Shown in pieces: positions 53,901 through 64,000 of a stretch of DNA of 64,000 nucleotides (positions are counted from its first letter, which is position 1; every line of letters begins with the position of its first letter). A program made the position numbers and the translations under genes. The stretch is taken from NCBI GenBank assembly GCA_964016885.1, contig OZ024743.1, forward strand, positions 322,834,001-322,898,000, in the 5' to 3' direction. Source of the stretch: Eledone cirrhosa. Taxonomy: Eukaryota. The notes below the pieces were generated by a model. That model was given only the letters and a program-made list of their open reading frames with translations, made no database searches and was not told the DNA's origin.

Positions 53901-56900
53901 CAACTTATCATTACTGCCTAACTCACCTCCTTTAGTCAAGCTTGCTTCTCAGACCGCAAATGCCCTCAACTTATCATTACTGCCTACCTCACCTCCTTTG
54001 GTCAAGCTTGCTTCTCAGACCATAAATGACCTCAATTTCATCATTACTGCCTACCTCACCTCCTTTGGTCAATCTTGCTTCTCAGAGCACAAATGACCTC
54101 AATCTCATCATTACTGCCAACTACGCCTCCTTTAGTCAAGCTTGCTTCTAGAACACAAATGATTTCAATCTTATCATTACTGCCTACCACACCTCCTTTG
54201 GTCAAGCTTGCTTCTCAGACCACACATGACCTCAATCTCAGCATTACAGCCTACCACACCTCCTTTGGTCAAGCCTGCTTCTCTGACCACAAATGACTTC
54301 AACTTATCATTACTGCCCACCTCACCTCCTTCAGTCAAGCTTACTTCTCAGACCACAAATGACCTCAACTTATCATTACTGACTACCTGACCTCATTTAG
54401 TCAAGTTTGCTTCTCAGACCACAAAAGACCTCAATCTCATCATTACTGCCAACTACGCCTCCTTTAGTCAAGCTTGCTTCTCAGACCACAAATGACATCA
54501 ATATCATCATTACTGCCTACATCACCTCCTTTGGTCAATCTTGCTTCTCAGACCACAAATGACCTCAATCTCATCATTACTGCCTACCTCACCTCATTTA
54601 GTCAAGCTTGCTTCTCAGACCACTAATGACCCCAATCTCATCATTACTGCCTACCTCACCTCCTTTGGTTAATCTTGCTTCTGAGACCACAAATGACCAC
54701 AATCTCATCATTACTGTTTACCTCACATCCTTTAGTCAAGCTTGCTTCTCAGACCCCAAATGACCTCAACTTATCATTACAGCCTACCTCACCTCCTTTA
54801 GTCAAGCTTGGTTCTCAGACCACAAATGACCACAATCTCATTATTACAGCTTACCTCACCTCCTTTAGACAAGCTTGCTTTTCAGACCACAAATGACCTC
54901 AATCTCATCTTTAATGCCTACCTCACCTCCTTTAGTCAAGCTTGCTTCTCAGACCACAAATGACCTCAATCTCATCTTTAATGCCTACCTCACCTCCTTT
55001 AGTCAAGCTTGCTTCTCAGACCACAAATGACCTCAATCTCATCTTTAATGCCTACCTCACCTCCTTTAGTCAAGCTTGCTTCTCAGACCACAAATGACCT
55101 CAATCTCATCATTACTGCCTACCACACCTCCTTTGGTCAAGCTTGCTTCTCAGACCACAAATGACCTCAATCTCATCATTACAGCCTACCACACCTCCTT
55201 TGGTCAATCTTGCGTCTCAGACCACAAATGACCTCAATCTCATCATTACTGCCTACCTCACCTCTTTAGTCAACTTGCTTCTCAGACCACAAATGACATC
55301 AATCTCATCATTACTGTCTACCTCACCTCCTTTAGTCAAGCTTGCTTCTCAGACCACAAATGACCTCAATCTCATTATTACAGCCTACCTCACCTCCTTT
55401 AGACAAGCTTGCTTCTCAGACCACAAATGACCTCAAATTATCATCACAGCCTACCTCACCTTTTTTAGTCAAGCTTGCTTCTCAGACCACAATTGATCTC
55501 AATCTCATCATTACTGCCTACCTCACCTCCTTTGGTTAATCTTGCTTCTGAGACCACAAATGACCACAATCTCAACATTACTGTTTACCTCACATCCTTT
55601 AGTCAAGCTTGCTTCTCAGACCACAAATTACCTCAATCTTATCTTTACTGCCTACATTATCTCCTTTAGTCAACCTTGGTTCTCAGACCACAAATGACCA
55701 CAATCTCATCATTACTGTCTACCTCACATCCTTTAGTCAAGTTTGCTTCTCAGACCACAAATGACCTCAATCTTATCAATACTGCCTACCTTATCTCCTT
55801 TAATCAAGCTTGCTTCTCAGACCACAAATGACCTCAATCTCATCTTTAATGCCTACCTCACCTCCTTTAGTCAAGCTTGCTTCTCAGACCACAAATGACC
55901 TCAATCTCATCTTTAATGCCTACCTCACCTCCTTTGGTCAAGCTTGCTTCTCAGACCACAAATGACCTCAATCTCATTATACTGCCTACCTCACCTCTTT
56001 AGTCAACTTGCTTCTCAGACCACAAATGACATCAATCTCATCATTACTGTCTACCTCACCTCCTTTAGTCAAGCTTGCTTCTCAGACCACAAATGACCTC
56101 AATCTCATCTTTAATGCCTACCTCTCCTCCTTTAGTCAAGCTTGCTTCTCAGACCACAAATGACCTCCAACTCATCATTACTGCCAACCAGACCTCCTTT
56201 AGTCAAGCTTGCTTCTCAGACCTCAAATGACCTCAATCTCATCATTACTGCCAACCACGCCTTTTTTAGTCAAGCATGCTTCTAGAACACAAATGATTTC
56301 AATCTTATCATTACTGCCTACCACACCTCCTTTGGTCAAGCTTGCTTCTCAGACCACAAATGACCTCAATCTCATTATACTGCCTACCTCACCTCTTTAG
56401 TCAACTTGCTTCTCAGACCACAAATGACATCAATCTCATCATTACTGTCTACCTCACCTCCTTTAGTCAAGCTTGCTTCTCAGACAGCAAATGACCTCAA
56501 CTTATCATTACTGCCTACCTCACCTCCTTTGGTCAAGCTTGCTTCTCAGACCATAAATGACCTCAATTTCATCATTATTGCCTACCTCACCTCCTTTGGT
56601 CAATCTTGCTTCTCAGAGCACAAATGACCTCAATCTCATCATTACTGCCAACTACGCCTCCTTTAGTCAAGCTTGCTTCTAGAACACAAATGATTTCAAT
56701 CTTATCATTACTGCCTACCACACCTCCTTTGGTCAAGCTTGCTTCTCAGACCACACATGACCTCAATCTCAGCATTACAGCCTACGACACCTCCTTTGGT
56801 CAATCTTGCTTCTCAGACCACAAATGACCTCAACTTATCATTACTGCTAACCACACCTCCTTTTGTCAAGCTTGCTTCTCAGACCACAAATGACCTCAAC

Positions 56901-59900
56901 TTATCATTACTGCCTACCTAATCTCCTTTAGTCAAGCTTTCTACTCAGACCAGTAATGACCTCAATCTTATCATTAATGCCTACCCCACCTCCTTTGGTC
57001 AAGCCTGCTTCTCTGACCACAAATGACTTCAACTTATCATTACTGCCCACCTCACCTCCTTCAGTCAAGCTTACTTCTCAGACCACAAATGACCTCAATC
57101 TCATCATTACTGCCAACTACGCCTCCTTTAGTCAAGCTTGCTTCTCAGACCACAAATGACATCAATATCATCATTACTGCCTACCTCACCTCCTTTGGTC
57201 AATCTTGCTTCTCAGACCACAAATGACCTCAATCTCATCATTACAGCCTACCTCACCTCCTTCAGTCAAGCTTACTTCTCAGACCACAAATGACCTCAAC
57301 TTATCATTACTGACTACCTGACCTCATTTAGTCAAGCTTGCTTCTCAGACCACAAAAGACCTCAATCTCATCATTACTGCCAACTACGCCTCCTTTAGTC
57401 AAGCTTGCTTCTCAGACCACAAATGACATCAATATCATCATTACTGCCTACCTCACCTCCTTTGGTCAATCTTGCTTCTCAGACCACAAATGACCTCAAT
57501 CTCATCATTACTGCCTACCTCACCTCATTTAGTCAAGCTTGCTTCTCAGACCACTAATGACCCCAATCTCATCATTACTGCCTACCTCACCTCCTTTGGT
57601 TAATCTTGCTTCTGAGACCACAAATGACCACAATCTCATCATTACTGTTTACCTCACATCCTTTAGTCAAGCTTGCTTCTCAGACCACAAATGACCTCAA
57701 CTTATCATTACAGCCTACCTCACCTCCTTTAGTCAACCTTGGTTTTCAGACCACAAATGACCACAATCTCATCATTACTGTCTACCTCACATCCTTTAGT
57801 CAAGTTTGCTTCTCAGACCACAAATGACCTCAATCTTATCAATACTGCCTACCTTATCCCCTTTAATCAAGCTTGCTTCTCAGACCACAAATGACCTCAA
57901 TCTCATCTTTAATGCCTACCTCACCTCCTTTAGTCAAGCTTGCTTCTCAGACCACAAATGACCTCAATCTCATCTTTAATGCCTACCTCACCTCATTTAG
58001 TCAAGCTTGCTTCTCAGACCACAAATGACCTCAATCTCATCATTACTGCCAACCACGCCTCATTTAGTCAAGCTTGCTTCTCAGACTACAAATGACCTCA
58101 ATCTCATCATTACTGCCAACCACGCCTCCTTTAGTCAAGCTTGCTTCTAGAACACAAATGATTTCAATCTTATCATTACTGTCTACCTCACCTCCTTTAG
58201 TCAAGCTTGCTTCTCAGACCACAAATGACCTCAATCTCATTATTACAGCCTACCTCACCTCCTTTAGACAAGCTTGCTTCTCAGACCACAAATGACCTCA
58301 AATTATCATCACAGCCTACCTCACCTTTTTTAGTCAAGCTTGCTTCTCAGACCACAATTGATCTCAATCTCATCATTACTGCCTACCTCACCTCCTTTGG
58401 TTAATCTTGCTTCTGAGATCACAAATGACCACAATCTCATCATTACTGTTTACCTCACATCCTTTAGTCAAGCTTGCTTCTCAGAGCACAAATGAGCTCA
58501 ATCTTATCTTTACTGCCTACATTATCTCCTTTAGTCAAGCTTGCTTCTCAGACCACAAATGACCTCAATCTCATCTTTAATGCCTACCTCACCTCCTTTA
58601 GTCAAGCTTGCTTCTCAGACCACAAATGACCTCAAACTCATCATTACTGCCAACCAGACCTCCTTTAGTCAAGCTTGCTTCTCAGACCTCAAATGACCTC
58701 AATCTCATCATTACTGCCAACCACGCCTCCTTTAGTCAAGCTTGCTTCTAGAACACAAATGATTTCAATCTTATCATTACTGCCTACCTCACCTCCTTTG
58801 GTCAAGCTTGCTTCTCGGACCACAAATGACCTCAATCTCATCATTACAGCCTACCTCACCTCCTTTGGTCAATCTTGCTTCTCAGACCACAAATGACCTC
58901 AATCTCATCATTACTGCCTACCTCACCTCCTTTGGTCAAGCTTGCTTCTCGGACCACAAATGACCTCAATCTCATCATTACTGCCTACCTCACCTCATTT
59001 AGTCAAGCTTGCTTCTCAGACCACTAATGACCCCAATCTCATCATTACTGCCTACCTCACCTCCTTTGGTTAATCTTGCTTCTCAGAGCACAAATGACCA
59101 TAATCTCATCATTACTGTTTACCTCACATCCTTTAGTCAAGCTTGCTTCTCAGACCACAAATGACCTCAACTTATCATTACAGCCTACCTCACCTCCTTT
59201 AGTCAACCTTGGTTCTCAGACCACAAATGACCACAATCTCATCATTACTGTCTACCTCACATCCTTTAGTCAAGTTTGCTTCTCAGACCACAAATGACCT
59301 CAATCTTATCAATACTGCCTACCTTATCTCATTTAATCAAGCTTACTTCTCAGACCACATATGACCTCAATCTCATCTTTAATGCCTACCTCACCTCCTT
59401 TAGTCAAGCTTGCTTCTCAGACCACAAATGACCTCAATCTCATCTTTAATGCCTACCTAACCTCATTTAGTCAAGCTTGCTTCTCAGACCACAAATGACC
59501 TCAAACTCATCATTACTGCCCACCAGACCTCCTTTAGTCAAGCTTGCTTCTCAGACCCCAAATGACCTCAATCTCATCATTACTGCCAACCACGCCTCCT
59601 TTAGTCAAGCTTGCTTCTAGAACACAAATGATTTCAATCTTATCATTACTGCCTACCACACCTCCTTTGGTCAAGCTTGCTTCTCAGACCACAAATGACC
59701 TCAATCTCATTATATTGCCTACCTCACCTCTTTAGTCAACTTGCTTCTCAGACCACAAATGACATCAATCTCATCATTACTGTCTACCTCACCTCCTTTA
59801 GTCAAGCTTGCTTCTCAGACCGCAAGTGTCCTCAACTTATCAGTACTGCCTACCTCACCTCCTTTAGTCAAGCTTGCTTCTAGAACACAAATGATTTCAA

Positions 59901-62400
59901 TCTTATCATTACTGCCTACCACACCTCCTTTGGTCAAGCTTGCTTCTCAGACCACACACGACCTCAATCTCAGCATTACAGCCTACCACACCTCCTTTGG
60001 TCAAGCCTGCTTCTCTGACCACAAATGACTTCAACTTATCATTACTGCCCACCTCACCTCCTTCAGTCAAGCTTACTTCTCAGACCACAAATGACCTCAA
60101 CTTATCATTACTGACTACCTGACCTCATTTAGTCAAGTTTGCTTCTCAGACCACAAAAGACCTCAATCTCATCATTACTGCCAACTACGCCTCCTTTAGT
60201 CAAGCTTGCTTCTCAGACCACAAATGACATCAATATCATCATTACTGCCTACATCACCTCCTTTGGTCAATCTTGCTTCTCAGACCACAAATGACCTCAA
60301 TCTCATCATTACTGCCTACTTCACCTCATTTAGTCAAGCTTGCTTCTCAGACCACTAATGACCCCAATCTCATCATTACTGCCTACCTCACCTCCTTTGG
60401 TTAATCTTGCTTCTGAGACCACAAATGACCACAATCTCATCATTACTGTTTACCTCACATCCTTTAGTCAAGCTTGCTTCTCAGACCACAAATGACCTCA
60501 ACTTATCATTACAGCCTACCTCACCTCCTTTAGTCAACCTTGGTTCTCAGACCACAAATGACCACAATCTCATCATTACTGTCTACCTCACATCCTTTAG
60601 TCAAGTTTGCTTCTCAGACCACAAATGACCTCAATCTTATCAACACTGCCTACCTTATCTCCTTTAATCAAGCTTGCTTCTCAGACCACAAATGACCTCA
60701 ATCTCATCTTTAATGCCTACCTCACCTCCTTTAGTCAAGCTTTCTTCTCAGACCACAAATGACCTCAATCTCATCTTTAATGCCAACCACGCCTCCTTTA
60801 GTCAAGCTTGCTTCTCAGACTACAAATGACCTCAATCTCATCATTACTGCCAACCACGCCTCCTTTAGTCAAGCTTGCTTCTAGAACACAAATGATTTCA
60901 ATCTTATCATTACTGCCTACCACACCTCCTTTGGTCAAGCTTGCTTCTCAGACCACAAATGACCTCAATCTCATCATTACTGCCTACCTCACCTCCTTTA
61001 GTCAAGATTGCTTCTCAGACCACAAATGAACTCAATCTCATTATTACAGCCTACCTCACCTCCTTTAGACAAGCTTGCTTCTCAGACCACAAATGATCTC
61101 AAATTATCATCACAGCCTACCTCACCTCCTTTAGTCAAGCTTGCTTCTCAGACCACAATTGATCTCAATCTCATCATTACTGCCTAACTCACCTCCTTTG
61201 GTTAATCTTGCTTCTGAGACCACAAATGACCACAATCTCATCATTACTGTTTACCTCACATCCTTTAGTCAAGCTTGCTTCTCAGACCACAAGTGACCTC
61301 AACTTATCATTACTGCCTACCTCACCTCTTTAGTCAACTTGCTTCTCACACCACAAATGACATCAATCTCATCATTACTGTCTATCTCACCTCCTTTAGT
61401 CAAGCTTGCTTCTCAGACCACAAATTACCTCAATCTCCTTATTACAGCCAACCTCACCTCCTTTACACAAGCATGCTTCTCAGACCACAAATGACCTCAA
61501 ATTATCATTACTGCCTACTTCACCTCTTTAGTCAACTTGCTTCTCAGACCACAAACGAACTCAACTTATCATTACTGCCTAACTCACCTCCTTTAGTCAA
61601 GCTTGCTTCTCAGACCGCAAATGCCCTCAACTTATCATTACTGCCTACCTCACCTCCTTTGGTCAAGCTTGCTTCTCAGACCATAAATGACCTCAATTTC
61701 ATCATTACTGCCTACCTCACCTCCTTTGGTCAATCTTGCTTCTCAGAGCACAAATGACCTCAATCTCATCATTACTGCCAACTACGCCTCCTTTAGTCAA
61801 GCTTGCTTCTAGAACACAAATGATTTCAATCTTATCATTACTGCCTACCACACCTCCTTTGGTCAAGCTTGCTTCTCAGACCACACATGACCTCAATCTC
61901 AGCATTACAGCCTACCACACCTCCTTTGGTCAAGCCTGCTTCTCTGACCACAAATGACTTCAACTTATCATTACTGCCCACCTCACCTCCTTCAGTCAAG
62001 CTTACTTCTCAGACCACAAATGACCTCAACTTATCATTACTGACTACCTGACCTCATTTAGTCAAGTTTGCTTCTCAGACCACAAAAGACCTCAATCTCA
62101 TCATTACTGCCAACTACGCCTCCTTTAGTCAAGCTTGCTTCTCAGACCACAAATGACATCAATATCATCATTACTGCCTACATCACCTCCTTTGGTCAAT
62201 CTTGCTTCTCAGACCACAAATGACCTCAATCTCATCATTACTGCCTACCTCACCTCATTTAGTCAAGCTTGCTTCTCAGACCACTAATGACCCCAATCTC
62301 ATCATTACTGCCTACCTCACCTCCTTTGGTTAATCTTGCTTCTGAGACCACAAATGACCACAATCTCATCATTACTGTTTACCTCACATCCTTTAGTCAA
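46980..62400. repeat. Higher-order tandem duplication, period 7661 bp (~115 monomers), two copies
   Basis: Identical ORFs at +7661 (47014/54675, 48548/56209, 52016/59677, 54208/61869). Confidence 0.95.
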
Positions 62401-64000
62401 GCTTGCTTCTCAGACCACAAATGACCTCAACTTATCATTACAGCCTACCTCACCTCCTTTAGTCAACCTTGGTTCTCAGACCACAAATGACCACAATCTC
62501 ATCATTACTGTCTACCTCACATCCTTTAGTCAAGTTTGCTTCTCAGACCACAAATGACCTCAATCTTATCAACACTGCCTACCTTATCTCCTTTAATCAA
62601 GCTTGCTTCTCAGACCACAAATGACCTCAATCTCATCTTTAATGCCTACCTCACCTCCTTTAGTCAAGCTTTCTTCTCAGACCACAAATGACCTCAATCT
62701 CATCTTTAATGCCAACCACGCCTCCTTTAGTCAAGCTTGCTTCTCAGACTACAAATGACCTCAATCTCATCATTACTGCCAACCACGCCTCCTTTAGTCA
62801 AGCTTGCTTCTAGAACACAAATGATTTCAATCTTATCATTACTGCCTACCACACCTCCTTTGGTCAAGCTTGCTTCTCAGACCACAAATGACCTCAATCT
62901 CATCATTACTGCCTACCTCACCTCCTTTAGTCAAGATTGCTTCTCAGACCACAAATGAACTCAATCTCATTATTACAGCCTACCTCACCTCCTTTAGACA
63001 AGCTTGCTTCTCAGACCACAAATGATCTCAAATTATCATCACAGCCTACCTCACCTCCTTTAGTCAAGCTTGCTTCTCAGACCACAATTGATCTCAATCT
63101 CATCATTACTGCCTAACTCACCTCCTTTGGTTAATCTTGCTTCTGAGACCACAAATGACCACAATCTCATCATTACTGTTTACCTCACATCCTTTAGTCA
63201 AGCTTGCTTCTCAGACCACAAGTGACCTCAACTTATCATTACTGCCTACCTCACCTCTTTAGTCAACTTGCTTCTCACACCACAAATGACATCAATCTCA
63301 TCATTACTGTCTATCTCACCTCCTTTAGTCAAGCTTGCTTCTCAGACCACAAATTACCTCAATCTCCTTATTACAGCCAACCTCACCTCCTTTACACAAG
63401 CATGCTTCTCAGACCACAAATGACCTCAAATTATCATTACTGCCTACTTCACCTCTTTAGTCAACTTGCTTCTCAGACCACAAACGAACTCAACTTATCA
63501 TTACTGCCTAACTCACCTCCTTTAGTCAAGCTTGCTTCTCAGACCGCAAATGCCCTCAACTTATCATTACTGCCTACCTCACCTCCTTTGGTCAAGCTTG
63601 CTTCTCAGACCATAAATGACCTCAATTTCATCATTACTGCCTACCTCACCTCCTTTGGTCAATCTTGCTTCTCAGAGCACAAATGACCTCAATCTCATCA
63701 TTACTGCCAACTACGCCTCCTTTAGTCAAGCTTGCTTCTAGAACACAAATGATTTCAATCTTATCATTACTGCCTACCACACCTCCTTTGGTCAAGCTTG
63801 CTTCTCAGACCACACATGACCTCAATCTCAGCATTACAGCCTACCACACCTCCTTTGGTCAAGCCTGCTTCTCTGACCACAAATGACTTCAACTTATCAT
63901 TACTGCCCACCTCACCTCCTTCAGTCAAGCTTACTTCTCAGACCACAAATGACCTCAACTTATCATTACTGACTACCTGACCTCATTTAGTCAAGTTTGC
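59870..64000. repeat. Higher-order repeat, period 1929 bp (~29 monomers)
   Basis: Identical ORFs at +1929 (60407/62336, 61275/63204, 61869/63798); near-identical pair at 52279/54208. Confidence 0.93.

Larger units (their letters stand above)
12100..64000. repeat. 67-bp satellite array, ~52 kb, roughly 780 monomers, continues beyond the window
   Basis: Consensus GTCAAGCTTGCTTCTCAGACCACAAATGACCTCAATCTCATCATTACTGCCTACCTCACCTCCTTT(A/G), head-to-tail in a single orientation, with 64-66 bp deletion variants. Copy number is estimated as length divided by ~66.7. Confidence 0.99.

Noticed and set aside
11995-63980. Numerous short ORFs (MLLRPQMTSISSLLPTSPPLVKLASQTT...) as a repetitive or mucin-like protein gene
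   Set aside because: The 67-bp unit is not a multiple of 3, so frames rotate and hit TGA/TAG stops. Indel variants do not preserve frame, and most listed starts are TTG.
12100-64000. CRISPR array (period ~66-67 bp, partially palindromic segment)
   Set aside because: There are no unique spacers, the whole unit repeats, no cas genes are present, and the context is eukaryotic.
12100-64000. TCACCTCCTTT equals the 16S rRNA anti-Shine-Dalgarno end (AAAGGAGGTGA, then ATG, on the minus strand)
   Set aside because: No other rRNA similarity, eukaryotic retroelement context, the ATG is 14 nt from GGAGG, and the downstream frames close quickly. Treated as coincidence.
12100-64000. Hammerhead ribozyme satellite, as known from newt and schistosome satellites
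   Set aside because: The consensus has no CUGANGA plus GAAA core on either strand; the minus strand has only CTGAGAA.

Overview
Eukaryotic, repeat-only window with no intact host gene. The repeat families resemble those of coleoid cephalopods such as Octopus (inference, not verified). Bases 1-12,100 are a dense field of decayed elements: a 5'-truncated RTE-clade LINE whose reverse transcriptase carries a C4HC3 PHD finger; tRNA-headed SINEs sharing that LINE's 3' tail; a Buster/Charlie-type hAT element bounded by a perfect 8-bp TSD, with a 40-bp minisatellite in place of the 5' part of its transposase; a cluster of (AAT)n-tailed SINEs and R4/Dong-like endonuclease fragments; and a ~230-bp foldback element. 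From ~12,100 to the window end lies an uninterrupted satellite of roughly 780 monomers of ~67 bp, with one HindIII site per consensus monomer and nested higher-order duplications (469, 1071, 4750, ~2004, 601, ~2796, 1929 and 7661 bp). The short ORFs in the array are artefacts of the repeat.
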